Positions 30,111 through 45,050 of a DNA stretch of 64,000 nucleotides are shown here, piece after piece. Made by a program: the position numbers and the translations under genes. The stretch's first letter is position 1. Every line of letters starts with the position of its first letter. Source of the stretch: Eledone cirrhosa (taxonomy: Eukaryota). The DNA lies in the NCBI GenBank assembly GCA_964016885.1, contig OZ024751.1, positions 45,756,001-45,820,000 on the forward strand, written 5' to 3'. Below the pieces are notes generated by a model, which saw only the letters and a list, made by a program, of their open reading frames with translations, did not search any database and had not been told where the DNA came from.

Positions 30111-30172
30111 TATTCTATTATATATATTTCAAAGGTACCAAAAACTTTGGTACGCTTTCATCAGATAAAATA
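30111..30172 (-). ncRNA. Minimal type I hammerhead ribozyme (AUA triplet)
   Basis: Minus strand: tattttat CTGATGA aagcgtaccaaa gtt tttggtacctt t GAAA tatatATA atagaata; 8-bp stem I. Confidence 0.75.
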
Positions 30173-30290
30173 CAAAGTGTGTTTTATAAATTTTGACATA
30201 GCCAAGGAAACATACCTTATCAGCTGAATTTTCCTTGGATAGTCAACAAATTAAATATCCCTTCTACTTATTATATATATATATATATAA

Positions 30291-30480
30291 GGGCGGCGGA
30301 TTGGCAGTATCGATAGAGGGTCGGACGCCATGCTTTCCAGCATAGTTACGTCCCTTTATGATATGAGTTCAAATCCCGCCGAGGTTAACTTTGCCTTTCA
30401 TCCTTACGGGGTCGATAAAATAAAGTACCAGTAATGCACTGGGGTAATTGCTGGCCTTGCGCCTAAAGTAGAAACAATTA
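30291..30480 (+). mobile_element. Full-length Meta-like SINE
   Basis: Runs from gggcggcggattggcagtatcg through the B-box and Meta-like core to gaaacaatta; flanked by (TA)n. Confidence 0.85.
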
Positions 30481-30551
30481 TATAAATATATATATAAATA
30501 TATATAAATATATATATATATAAATATATGTAAATATATAAATATATATAA

Positions 30552-30587
<36 letters not shown>

Positions 30588-30939
30588 CCCGTTCGTGCTT
30601 TCCCCTTGTTTCTAAATACATTTTATCCAGCAACCACACAACCCCTGTTTCTTCAACAAAATGTTTTTTATATAGGTTGAGACATGGCTGTGTGGTTAAG
30701 GAGTCTGCCTATAGGGTTCTGAGTTCAATCCCAGTCTAGTTGATCAAATGGTACACACTCACACACACAAGCACATATACCTACTCCCTGCATGAGACTC
30801 CCTGCTAACTTATACAAACCACACACACACAATATACACATACACAAACGCACACAGGCATATACAAACATACACACCTACTACGACATTATCACATAAA
30901 ACACACTCAATAACCTCGCTTCATTCCATACTGATTCAC

Positions 30940-30989
<50 letters not shown>

Positions 30990-31250
30990 AAAACAACAAA
31001 CGAACAAACAAGAGGATGTAATAACATAAAATCGTATTAGTTTCATGCTTGGAGGAAGAAGTGTGAGTTATATATATATATATGTAAACATTCAACTGAC
31101 ACACAAACTGAAAGGCACAACATACACACCTGTTGCATGTATGTATATGTGCAGCTAGATCAATACAAGATGGAAGAGAGATAGACAATTGGAAAGGGCA
31201 GGACGCACTCGTATGATGTCAGCATAAAAAAAAACTCATCATAGTTTAAA

Positions 31251-31419
31251 TCGGTAGAGGGTCGGACGCCATGCTTTGACGCATAGAGTTACGGCCCTTG
31301 CCATTCTGAGTTCAAATCCCGCCGAGGTTAACTTTGCCTTTCATCCTTCCGGGGTCGATAAAATAAAGTACCAGTAATGCACTGGGATAATTGCTGGCCT
31401 TGTGCCAAAAAGTAGAAAC

Positions 31420-31424
<5 letters not shown>
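31251..31424 (+). mobile_element. Meta-like SINE
   Basis: Near-identical to the other family copies. Confidence 0.8.
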
Positions 31425-31467
<43 letters not shown>

Positions 31468-31865
31468 CGGTGAATTGCTAAAAGTAGAAACAATTATATA
31501 TATATATATACATATATATATACATATATACATATATATATACATATATACATATATATATATATATAAATATACACATATATATATATATATATATACA
31601 TATATACATATATATATATATATAAATATACACATATATATATATATATATAAATATACACATATATATACATATACACATATATATACATATACATATA
31701 TATACATATACATATATATACATATACATATATATATACATATACATATATATACATATACATATATATACATATACATATATATATACATATACATATA
31801 TATACATATACATATATATATATACACATACATATATATACATATACATATATATATACACATAC

Positions 31866-31899
<34 letters not shown>

Positions 31900-31912
31900 A
31901 TATATATATATA

Positions 31913-32237
31913 AAGGCGCGTGGCTTAGTGGTTAGAGCATTGGGCTTGCAATTGAGAGGTTGTGAGTTCGATTCTCGGACCGGGTGATGCGTTGTGTCCT
32001 TGAGCAAGACACTTTATTTCACGTTGCTCCAGTTTACTCAGCTGTAGAAATGAGTTACGACGTCACTGGTGCCAAGCTGTATCGATCATTGCCTTTCCCT
32101 TGGACAACATAGGTGGCGTGGAGAGGGCAGGCTGGTATACATGGGCGAAACAAACCTTGCCCAGGCTTGTGCCTCGGAGGGAAACTTTCTAGGTGCAAAC
32201 CCCATGGTCATTGGTGACCGAGTGGGGCCAAAGCAAT
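31913..32237 (+). mobile_element. tRNA-derived SINE family B head with a different 3' body (tail type 2)
   Basis: A-box TGGCTTAGTGG, B-box GAGTTCGATTC, and gtgtccttgagcaagacactttatttcacgttgctcc shared with 5042-5260. Confidence 0.8.
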
Positions 32238-32844
32238 GTATGTATATACAAACAAGTATGTATACAAGCCTGATATACGTATATATAACAATATGACACT
32301 GGTTGAATTCTAAATAAAAAATAAACAAAAATTCTACTCTGCAAATGACATTTTTACTAATATTAAAGCAAGGTTTCTGGTTATATTGATAGGTCTGTTG
32401 GTGTGGTTACTCATATAACATTTGATACACATATGTCATTTGGTCTGCTTGTCTTCTGGAGAGGGCTATATAAGCTGTTTTTTCAGGTAACATTTAATAC
32501 CCACACCTTTGTCATGTGGTCTGCTTTTGTTCTGGAGAGAAGTGAGTGCAGGGTGGTTTCCCAGGTAACATTTGATACCCACACCTTTGTCATCTGGTCT
32601 GCTTGTGTTTCAACTGAAACACGATACAGTGTAAAAAAAAAACAGCAGCAACAACAACAGTTGGTATGTGATGATAATTTGATCGTGTCTTAGTCACGAC
32701 TCAGTGAGGACAGGGTGAGGGCCAGGTGAGCGCTAGTGAGAACTGGTGACAAGGTTTCTCACCATCACACACCAGTCTAGCTCTGTTAACATGAAACACA
32801 GTTCTGCATTTTAGTTAACTATAGCTAGCTAACTACAGTGTGTG

Positions 32845-32913
<69 letters not shown>

Positions 32914-33327
32914 GTCACAGTGCGAGTGTGGAAATGAGTATACGTGGGTATTAGGGGTGGGTGAGTTTTCACACTTGCTAAGTGTGTGTGTGTAAGGGAT
33001 GTACATAGATATATCCATGTACAAGCACACACAAACACACTCAACCATACACCCTGTAATGTTATGCATACACACAAAATATGCAGACGTGTGTGTGATG
33101 TGCTTATGTTTACCGTGCTCCATGGTGTTGGCTGGTCACTCAGACACTTAACATGCTCATCTCCCCTCCTTTTGTTACTGATATTGTGCCTCTACCCCAG
33201 ACCTGACATTAAACATCACATCTACCCATAATTCATCTCCCTGGACTTCCCTTCCTACTTTTTTACTCTTTTACTTGTTCCAGCCATCCGGCTGAGGCCA
33301 TGCTGGGGCACCGCCCTTTCATGTATG

Positions 33328-33378
<51 letters not shown>

Positions 33379-33541
33379 TGCAACTGTTCAAGAGAACTGT
33401 CAACAGCATCAATCCCACCAAATATACTGCCCCGTCCTCCAGATGTGAGAAGCTCTGTGAAGGCCCTGGTCACTGCTCCATTCCACCAGACCAAACCAAT
33501 TTAAGAAAACATTCATATACACGTATGTAATATATTTACAG

Positions 33542-33607
<66 letters not shown>

Positions 33608-34155
33608 AATTCAAAATATAAATAAGCACCTGTGCACAAATAAGCCCGATGCCTCCCCCCCATCGCCACACACACAAACGTGCCAAAACTTCACATCTGC
33701 CAGCACACACACATACACCATGTAATAACACATCCTTAGACACACCACCTGTCTGCACACACACACACACACACACACACATGTTGGATCTCTGCTGTTT
33801 TCAATCAACAGAACTGCCTGCTCATGAAATTAATTATTGCTGAACATTCCCCAGATATTGGTCCCCTTAACGTATTTCTCAGGGGGATTCAGCATGACAC
33901 AATGTGTGACAAGTGTGGGCCCTTGACAGTGCTGACATTCACATGTTAAGGGCCATTCTGAATATCTCCAGAAGGAACATTTGACCAATTAAACAAACAC
34001 TACATGGGAACCTTTAATGCAATCAAAGATGGATGCACTTTGTATGACATTACTTGAGAGCTAAAGAACTTGTTAGTGATAAACTCCTATGAAGATCAAA
34101 ACATATATATATATGTGTTTATATATATATATATATATATGTGTTTATATATATA

Positions 34156-34286
34156 ATAGCTGTCGAAACGCCTTGAGCTCTGCCGTCGGGGTTCTGCCTA
34201 TTTTCCTATTACCCACTCTACTACCCAAAGTATCGAGTACTCTGGTGCGTTATGGTCCACCTGGTTCCTTACCACACTTCCTTCGT
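34156..34286 (+). mobile_element. Single-arm copy of the miniature hairpin element
   Basis: atagctgtcgaaacgccttgagctctgccgtcgggg...ggtccacctggttccttaccacac, embedded in (TA)n. Confidence 0.7.
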
Positions 34287-34287
34287 T

Positions 34288-34332
<45 letters not shown>

Positions 34333-34849
34333 TTTGTAGGGCATTCAAGAGAGCTAAGCAAGGACTCAGCGATATGGACATCATAACATCAATGTGTATA
34401 GGCTGGCCATTCACCAAAAACCTTTACCAGTTCTGTACTGACACAAGATTACCCCCCCCCCCCCCGGTTGACCTCGAGAATGTTATGTGAGATTAAGATA
34501 CACACACATTCTTTTATGGGTTTTCATCTTTGGACAGCAGGAATATCCCTCCCTTCATGTGTTTAGCCCCAGGTCAACCCTGATTCAGCAGACCTATGAT
34601 CAAATTAATTCCAGTCATGTCCCTCCCACCGTTTTAATCTACAACTACTTTATCCAACGTGTCCCTTCTATTCTCAAGACAATTATGATTTGAGGGAGAT
34701 TTGGCTGCTATTACTAGTAGGTCTAGCGACTTCACCGAGAATCCATCTTTCCCCTTATTAATGTTGTAGTTGTTGTTGTTGTGTAAACATTAGTAGAAGG
34801 CATCAAAATTGCTTATTACTCCACTTCAGTTTTGCTGATGCCATCCATA

Positions 34850-35007
34850 CGTATGTATACATACATACAAACAATTATATATACGTATGTATACATACAT
34901 ACAAACAATTATATATATGTATGTGTGTGCCAAGACATGTATGTATATCTATACGCAGAGAATTACATACATATGTACATAAACAATTATATATATATAC
35001 ACATGTA

Positions 35008-35083
<76 letters not shown>

Positions 35084-35126
35084 TGTATATATATATATAT
35101 ATACATATGTATATATATACACACAC

Positions 35127-35200
<74 letters not shown>

Positions 35201-35216
35201 GTATATATATATATAC

Positions 35217-35247
<31 letters not shown>

Positions 35248-35312
35248 CACATATATATATATACACATATATATATACACATATATATATATATATATAT
35301 ACATATATACAC

Positions 35313-35343
<31 letters not shown>

Positions 35344-35531
35344 CATATATATATACATATATACACACATATATATATATATATACATATATACACACAT
35401 ATATATATATATATATATATACATATATACACACACATATATATATATATATATATACACATACATATGTATATATATATATATATATATATACATATGT
35501 ATATATATACATATGTATATATATATATATG

Positions 35532-35562
<31 letters not shown>

Positions 35563-35577
35563 GTGTATATATATATG

Positions 35578-35619
<42 letters not shown>

Positions 35620-35631
35620 TATATATGTATA

Positions 35632-35675
<44 letters not shown>

Positions 35676-35678
35676 CAC

Positions 35679-35709
<31 letters not shown>

Positions 35710-35711
35710 TA

Positions 35712-35765
<54 letters not shown>

Positions 35766-35833
35766 CACATATATATGTATATATATATACACACACATAT
35801 ATATGTATATATATTTATATATACACACACATA

Positions 35834-35898
<65 letters not shown>

Positions 35899-35916
35899 TT
35901 ACATATACATATATTT

Positions 35917-35968
<52 letters not shown>

Positions 35969-36157
35969 CACACATACACACATGTGTGTGTATGTGTGTT
36001 CTATCCACATACACATTAGTGATACGAGATTAGGATATACGAAACCAAACAAAGCTTGGCTAGACACATCGTTACACACATCAGGTTCAAATTAGTACAA
36101 AATACTTCAGTGTACGCACACGCCTCTATGTATACACATACATGTGTATAGAGTGTG

Positions 36158-36188
<31 letters not shown>

Positions 36189-36267
36189 ATCTGTGTGTAT
36201 GTATGTGTGTGTGTGTGTATGTATATATATATGCGCGCGTGTGTGTGTATATGTGTGTGTGTGTATA

Positions 36268-36300
<33 letters not shown>

Positions 36301-36962
36301 TTGTATGTGTGTATATGTGTGTTTGTGTGTGTGTGTGTGTATTTGTATGTGTGTATCTATGTGTATATGTGTGTGTGTGTGTGTTTGTATGTATTTGTAT
36401 GTGTGTATATGTGTGTTTGTATGTGTGTGTGTGTATTTGTATGTGTGTGTTATTCCAGTTAACATGTGGAGAAAGTTTCTTTGAAATCTTTGTTGTTGTT
36501 ATTTTTGTTGTTATTACCGTTACCATTGTTATTGTTGTTAATGTAACTATTGTTGTTGTTGTAATTGTTGTTGTTGTAATTGTTGTTATTTTTGTTGTTG
36601 TTGTTGTTGTTGCTGCCAGCGAGAATGTTTTGAATTCTGTTCATCTTTTACCCATATTGCTCCTAGTTTGGTATGTTCTGTCTTTCTCAATTCTTCCTAC
36701 TTCCTTAATTCCTACACACACACACACACACACACACATACACAGGCACACACACACACACACACACACACTGACACAGGCACACGTACTGACACATACA
36801 CACATACTGATACACACAGGCACACGTACTGACACATGCACACACAGGCACACATACTGATACACACAGGCACATATACTGACACACACAGGCACACGTA
36901 CTGACACATGCACACACAAGCACACATACTGACACACACACACACACATACACAGGCACACA

Positions 36963-37007
<45 letters not shown>

Positions 37008-38280
37008 ACACAGGCACACGTACTGATACACACAGGCACACATACTGACACACACAGACACACGTACTGACACATGCACACACAAGCACACATACTGACA
37101 CAGGCACACATACTGACACACACACACACAGGCACACATACTGACACATACACACACACTCATATACAGACATACACAAACATACACTGACACACACTGA
37201 CATACACACACGCACATGCACAGACAGAAACATACATACACACGTAAACACAAACTCACATATATACACAAACACAGACACACCCACCCACCCATTACCA
37301 CCAACATCATAGCCACCAGCAACATCGTCAGGCAAACAGTCTGTAGTAACACCACGGCACCCCCACCCCACCACCACCACCACCAACTTAGCACAGTAGG
37401 CACTTTTAGCACCACCACCACCACCACCACCACCACCACCACCATCAGCTCATCCCAGCATCCCTTGCTATTTTAATCATTGCTGTATACCAACAGCAGC
37501 AGTGGTGATGGTGGTGGTGGCGAGGTGTGGTGGTGGTGGTGGTGAGGTGTAGTGGTGGTGGTGAGGTGTGGTGGTGGTGGTGGTGAGGTATGGTGGTGAT
37601 GGTGGTGGTGGTGAGGTGTAGTGGTGGTGGTGAGGTGTGGTGGTGGTGGTGGTGGTGGTGAGGTATGGTGGTGATGGTGGTGGTGGCGAGGTGTAGTGGT
37701 GGAGGTGAGGTGTGGTGGTGGTGGTGGTGGTGGTGGTGAGGTATGGTGGTGATGGTGGTGGTGGCGAGGTGTAGAGGTGGTGGTGAGGTGTGGTGGTGGT
37801 GATGGTGGTGGTGGTGAGGTATGGTGGTGGTGGTGGCGAGGTGTAGTGGTGGTGGTGAGGTGTGGTGGTGGTGGTGGTGGTGGTGAGGTATGGTGGTGAT
37901 GGTGGTGGTGGCGAGGTGTAGTGGTGGTGGTGAGGTGTGGTGGTGGTGATGGTGATGGTGGCGAGGTGTGGTGGTGGTGGTGGTGGTTGTGGTGTGTAAA
38001 TGTTAGCAGAGAGGAGGAGGGGCAGAAAAAGAGGATCAAACAGAGAGAAAGAGGGTGAGATATAGGGAGAAAGAGAGGATCAGACAGAAATATGAAGAGA
38101 GAGAGAGAGAGAGGGTGAGCGAGAGAGAGAGAGTGAGTGAGAGAGAGAGAGTGAAAGAGAGAGTGAGAGAGGGAAAGAGTGGGAGAGAGAGTGAGAGAGG
38201 GAAAGAGTGGGAGAGAGAGTGAGTGAGAGAGAGAGCGAGTGAGAGAGAGGGCGAGTGAGAGAGAGTGAGCGAGAGAGAGC
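34850..38280. repeat. Microsatellite field: (TA/CA)n, (TG)n, (GTT)n, cacacaggcacacatactga units, (GGT)n, (GA)n
   Basis: Seen directly in the sequence. Confidence 0.9.
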
Positions 38281-38634
38281 GGGTGGAGGGGAGGCCAAAC
38301 TAGAGAGACTTGGCTACTGTGATGGGGTTACATCCTTGTACCAGAATCTCTTAATCACTGTCCATTCCCCACCCCCACCCTCATTATCTCTTCTCCATCT
38401 ACTTCCTTATATAGACTACACACTATTCAATTGACTATCATTATGCCCCCCCCACCATTATTATTATTATGTTACCTGTCTTTGTTAATATCTGTTATTC
38501 ATATCAGATCTCTAGTATGAGGATTCCTTTTTTCCCTTCCACCATTCTCAGAGACCCTGAAAAGGGTGAAGGGGCATTGATTCCCCCCACCCCCACCCCA
38601 CACTGACTAAAAAGTAAATATTAGATCATCATTA

Positions 38635-38795
38635 TTGGCAGCATCGCTAGAGCGTCAGACGCCATGAATTGTAGCATGGAGTTATGTCCCTTTACGTTCT
38701 GAGTTCAAATTTGGCTGAGGTTAAGCTTTTGCTTTTCTTCTTTACGGGTGGGTGGGTGGGGGGGGTCGATAAAATAAAGTACCAGTAATGCACTG
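38635..38795 (+). mobile_element. Diverged Meta-like SINE
   Basis: ttggcagcatcg...gagttcaaat...ggtcgataaaataaagtaccagtaatgcactg. Confidence 0.65.
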
Positions 38796-38985
38796 AGGGC
38801 TGGAAGCAATGGTTGCTGTGTCCTTCCTCCTGACTAAATATAAAACTACAACAGTCTCCAAGACTAAAATAAAAACCAACAATACTAACACGGGTGGAAT
38901 AACAACATTAAACAGGTGTTTTAACGTCGACGAGAAAGGGGTTGTTTATGACAACATTCTTCATTTTTACTATTGTCTGCAAGCC

Positions 38986-39268
38986 CCCTCTCATCATTCT
39001 CCTTGCTTTTATTTCCTCCACCATTTTTAGCCATGTCTATCTCGGTTTTTTCCCCTTCCTCTACTTCCTTTCCTTCCGCGTTCATTTCCATCACTCTTCT
39101 CTCACCCAGGCACCTTCATCCTTCCTCAACACATGACCCAACCATCTCATTCCATTTCTTCTCTCTTCACAGCATTCATCACTGGCTTTATTCCCATCAT
39201 CCTCCGCGATCCATGGCTTGTCTTTCTCTCCTTCAGTTATATTCTGCTCATCCCCCAAACCATTCTCA
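38986..39268 (-). mobile_element. RTE LINE C-terminal remnant
   Basis: Reads MRWLGHVLRKDEGAWVR...G..SRGR..KPR*TWLKMVEE. Confidence 0.75.
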
Positions 39269-39296
39269 ATAAATATATATACGTACACACACATAT

Positions 39297-39337
<41 letters not shown>

Positions 39338-39426
39338 TACACATATATTTAGATATAATTAGTTACAACTGTGGCATTCACGGACTGAGTGTTCTAAACC
39401 CTTGGATATTTATACCGAGTTTGTAC

Positions 39427-39512
<86 letters not shown>

Positions 39513-40504
39513 TTTTTTTCCTTTTTTTTCCTTTAATAATAATAATAAAGTTAGAATATCTTCTGTCTGCTGGAGTTTGAACGAAGTGTAGAATTGTTGC
39601 TTTGAAATCTAAATATTGATGTGAGAAGATTTAGTAATGTTGATACATGTTGGTGGGCCATCTTGAAACTTTGGAATAACATGGTGGTGGTGGTGGGGGG
39701 AGGGGGTATTGAGTTAATGGAAGGTGGTGGTGACGGTGGGAGGCATTGAGTTAATAGATGATGATGGTGGTGGGGCATTGAATTAATAGATGATGGTGGT
39801 GGTGGGGCATTGAGTTAATAGATGATGGTGGTGCTGGTGGTGACATTGTGTTAATGGAAGGTGGTAATAGTGAGTTAATGGAAGGTGGTGCAAATCTGGT
39901 GGCATTGAGTTAATATGTGGTTGTGGTGGTGGCGGGGGGGGGGGGGGCATTGAGTTAATAGGTGGTTGTGGTGGGGGAAGAAGGAAGAGGTTAACAATTA
40001 AAGAAATAGTGGAAAGTGTGAACGAGTGTGTGTATGTGTGTGAGTGTGAATGTGAATGTGTGTGCACACCTGTGCGCGTATGAATATGTTTGTGATTGTG
40101 CTTATGTTGTGTAACTGTATATACATGTGTGTATGTATGACTGCGTATACATGTATGTATGAACTCTCGGGTCTCGAAAGATCGAACCCCCCCCCCCTCT
40201 CTCCTCCGCGCTTTTTAATTTTTCATACATACTCCTCTTATTAAATTTTGCTAATCTATCTCCAGCGAAATATTATTTTAAGTGGTAGCATTCCTGCAAC
40301 AATTTCATTTTCTTTATACATTAAAAAAACATGACAAAAGAAGTACATTACTAGAAGTCCCACACCTCATAAAATCTAAACGACTAATTTTGTATATAAA
40401 AAAAAAAAAAAATCAACAGACAACCTAGTTTTCCATCCTACCCCCGCTTATTCCAACACCCTTTATTCCAAACCCCCTTCCTTATTCCAACCCTAAAATG
40501 TATC

Positions 40505-40668
40505 TCAAGCCCGGGGGCTCATCAGGCCAGTGCTTATCTTATGCCGGTTTCTATAGCGTTAAGCGACTGAGAGTACAATAGTCCCCCCCCCCCGGACAGA
40601 ACGCCACTCCATCGCAGGGTTAAACTCCCAGCTATCGCTGGTACGCATTTTCAGTTGAGTATACTGAC
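40505..40668 (-). mobile_element. Deu/Nin-domain-like SINE fragment
   Basis: ccggtttctatagcgttaagcgactgagagta...ccccggac...ccatcgcagggtt..cccag...gctggtac resembles the reverse complement of the Deu/Nin central domain (recalled, not searched). Confidence 0.55.
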
Positions 40669-40675
40669 ATACATG

Positions 40676-40770
<95 letters not shown>

Positions 40771-40964
40771 ACAGGGAGAGAAAGAAAGAGGACAGAGAGA
40801 GAGGAGAGAGCAAGAGAACTGATCCATGGGTTAAAATCTAGTGAGAAGTGTTATATATATATATATATATATAAAGAATTAGTATATCTACCAACATATA
40901 TATACAGATGCATACCTATGCTAGCAAATATATAGGTTTGTCTTAGTAACTTTGTGGTTCAATG

Positions 40965-41000
<36 letters not shown>

Positions 41001-42894
41001 CAATAAAATAATGAATAAACAAAGAACCAGTTCCTTATATTAAAAAAATTCATCATTTTACGATCGTTTCTAGGATATATATGTGTTAGAGTTGGTATGC
41101 ATATTCTATAGATCTATGTACAATATTTATATAAACTATCAGAGGGAATATACACATATATATGCTGTCTTCAGAAATAATGATATTTGTTTATTGAAAA
41201 AACAAAGATTCAATACAATAGGTCTGTTTGGGAACAGGTTTTGAATTGACCAAGAGAGAGAGATAGTGAGGGTCAGGATACTAATACAGTAGTAGAAGAA
41301 CCTTAAATTATGGGTAGAGGAATATATATATATAGCATTGATCTGTGGATCATAGTTATATACTGACCACTGATCTATGGATCTTTTAAACAATTTGATG
41401 TGTGGAGCACATATTTATATACGAGGTATACTCGATCCGAGCCTGCCCAGGGCTAAACAACAACAATAAAAACAACCACAAGACAAAATACTTGATGAAA
41501 TTCTTAAATTCCATCAAGTATTTTGTCCAAAATCGTTTCTCTTTGTTCTCTAACTGAGTCTCACATGGAGAAAAACTAATCTTCCCACAACAATGCGTGT
41601 ATGTGAATGTGTGTGTGTATGTGAACGCGAGTGTGTGTATGAAAGTGAGTACACGTGTTTGTATGTGTGTGTATGTGTGTAATTCAATAGAATTGGTACA
41701 TTCCAGGAGAGAAGGTGAAAGATATGGTCATAGAGAAATAGAGTGATATATAGATAGATATAGAGAGAGAAGGTGAGAATGACAGGCAGATAGATAGATA
41801 GAGAGAGAGTGAGCAAGAAAAAGAGAGTATGTAAAAAAGACGGATGTAATATATATGTATACACACATACACACACACATATATATATTTATATAAACAT
41901 ACTACATATATTATATATGTATATATATATATATATATATACATACATATATGTGTGTGTGTATGTGTGAAAGAAACAGATTGAATTACATGGAAAGATT
42001 TGGAAAGAGAGGGTGATAGAAGAGAGAAAGAGACAGAAGGTACCACCGCCACCACTACCACTACTTTCACAACCACTACTACCACTACTGCCACCACCAC
42101 TACTATCACCATCACTACTACTACTACCACAACCACCACCAATACCACCACCACCACCACTACTACGACAACCACCACCAATACCGTTACCAACACCAAC
42201 ACCACAGTCACCAATGCCACTAAGCAACCGGGGGTGGGTGGGGAGTGCCAGAGATGTGTGAAAATAAGTTTTAAAAAAGAAAGAAAAAATGAATAAACAA
42301 AAGGACTACCCCCACTCCACCCCGCCCCACCAATCGGAAGAGAGTTGAGTAAAGAAATATGATACTCGGAATGCTGGGATAGATAACAGTTTCCACCCCT
42401 CTCTCCCCCCTCCACAGTTAACCTAGATCTCTCACCTTACTAACTCACCCCCCCCGCCCCCTCCTCACCCGCTTACTTCCACTAGCAGTTTTGTTGCTGC
42501 TATTGTTGTGGCTTTACCCCCCAAGTCAGCTCTGATCAAGCACTCCACCCATGACCAACCCATTTAGTTTTCAGACAAGGTTTCCCAAGACTACAATAAC
42601 CAATGTGTCCTTCCTTCAAGATAGTAAGACACAGTTTGATAGGAACATAGCTGCTATTTTTAGCAGGTCTAATGATCACATAGGGACTCATTCTTTGGTC
42701 TGTGGTTGTGCATATTGGTGTTGACAGTGTTGGTGTGGTTCTTGTCATTGTTGTTGTTGTTGTTTAACCCTGGGTCAAACCTATGACCAAAAGCATCCCA
42801 GTGCTGCACAAAACCTTTAGATATAACGAAATGAAGAAAGAATCTAATTTACTAACACAGATCTGTGTTGGGGTGATGATGTACTCTTTAGGCC

Positions 42895-43192
42895 CCGATG
42901 TAGGTGTTCGACCCCTTCCATCACAACACCAGACCTACTAGGGGTCACCCACCGATGTAGGTGTTCGACCCCTTCCTTCACAACACCAGGCATACTAGGG
43001 GTCACCCACCGATGTAGGTGTTTCAACCCCTTCCATCACAACACTAAACCTACTAGGGATCACCCACCGATGTGGGTGTTCGACCCCTTCCATCACAAAA
43101 CCAGACCTACTAGGGGTCACCCACTTGATGTAGGTGTTCGACCTCTTCCATCACAACACCAGACCTACTTGGGACCACCCACTTGATGTAGG
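42895..43192. repeat. 57-58-bp tandem repeat, about 5 copies
   Basis: Unit ccgatgtaggtgttcgaccccttccatcacaacaccagacctactaggggtcaccca. Confidence 0.93.
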
Positions 43193-43654
43193 ATACGAAA
43201 CTCCTGTACAACCGCATAAACTTATATTCAGCAATGTACCCTAAATTCCTAATGAAGCTGTTGTGACATATGTCTTGCATATTTAAAGCTGATCGGGCCC
43301 ATTCTTGAATACAGCTAATGAGAGAGAGAGAGGGGGGGGGGATAAAGCACAGTAGTGGACTTGTATTTGATTTATCAATGTGGCCTGCAAATGTTGTTGA
43401 ATAGACTAACAACGTGCCCTGACAGAGTCAAACTTTCACTATCTTGTGTAGAATTACAAAGACATGCTGAATCGTGATTATAATAAACTTGTATGGGATT
43501 GGTGATTGGATGGGGGTGGGGGAAGAGCAGTACTTTCATAAATCTCAGTAAAACTTTCAGTAACTGTTCAATAGTATTTATGTAGCAACATAATATCAAA
43601 TATCATCATTTAATGTCTTGTATGGGTTAGATCGGTTGTCGTGTTGTGAAGCCA

Positions 43655-44019
43655 GTCAAGTCAGGTGACCACGTCTTGTTCATATGATCCATTTGGGGTT
43701 CGGCAGGTCAGGTGACCATGTCTTGCTTATATGGTCCATTTTGGCCAGACAAATCAGGTGACCAAGTCTTGCTCATATGGTCCATTTTGGCCAGACAAGT
43801 CAGGTGACCAAGTCTTGCTCATATGGTCCATTTTGGCCAGACAAGTCAGGTGACCAAGTCTTGCTCATATGGTCCATTTTGGCCAGACAAGTCAGGTGAC
43901 CAAGTCTTGCTCATATGGTCCATTTTGGTCAGACAAGTCAGGTGACCAAGTTTTGCTCATATGGTCCATTTTGGCCAGACAAGTCAGGTGACCAAGTCTT
44001 GCTCATATGGTCCATTTTG
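43655..44019. repeat. 46-bp tandem repeat, about 8 copies, derived from SINE family C
   Basis: Unit ccagacaagtcaggtgaccaagtcttgctcatatggtccattttgg, continuous with a SINE C 3' end at 43602-43690. Confidence 0.9.
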
Positions 44020-45050
44020 TGCCTGCCAGGGAATGTTATATACATTTTCTGTACCATGTGACACGCCAGAGAATGTTACACATATTCTGGACCATGTGGA
44101 CTAATGAGATGACACATGTTCCATGTGGCTTGCAAGGGAATGTCAAATATGTTATTTTCCCTTATTTTAGGGACTCAGGTGACTTTATAAATCCTGTTCC
44201 TACTAACCTAGCCAAAACAAGCTATGGCTCTATGCAACGAAACCACCCACTTTAAAGGGTTCCTCTTTAAATTAAATAATGAAATGTTTGGTAATAAAGT
44301 AATTTTAGTGAATCCGTCTAAATGATTTATTAATCAATTAAAATACACTGTATGTCATTAGAAATATGGTCATGAAGGGGTTAAATTATTTCAATAGCTT
44401 TATTAATATATATTTTGTTATTTCATAGGGGAGGGGACATTATTATATAGTTTTCTGGGTTGTTTGTCTTTGTTGTAGTCCTGGTGGGGCTGCAGGGACA
44501 GTTTCTTTTCATATTTAAAAAAAAAAGAAAGAAAAATTGCAATTAGTTTTCCATATGGTCCTACAACAGTAAGTCTACCGTCAATACTGGGTTATGTTCC
44601 TGTGTAACGGGACCATCCTCCACCGCACCACACTACTGTCACAGACACCACCCCACCACCACCATATACATACAATATACAACATCACACCACAACCACA
44701 CCACCAGTACCGCCACAACAGCACACTACCACAACCAGACCACCTCACACAACATACACCACACTACCACCACCACCACGTACAATACAATAACATCACC
44801 ACACCATCACCATCTACACCACCAACCCAACAACAACATCACCACCACCTCCCCCAGCCACCATCACCACCACCCCACCACCACACCACTATAAACACCC
44901 AGGAGGTCTAAGAAGCTAAAGTTACTGAAGATTTCCAACTTAGTTTAAATTGAAAAAGAAATATCTAATAATTAGATAAATACACGCAGATATATAGACA
45001 TGCAAGATTATTATATACATTTTATACACACACACACAGATAGATAGATA

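Noticed and set aside
31913-31990. tRNA gene
   Set aside because: A/B boxes are present, but it continues into a multi-copy SINE body and I could not build a proper cloverleaf.
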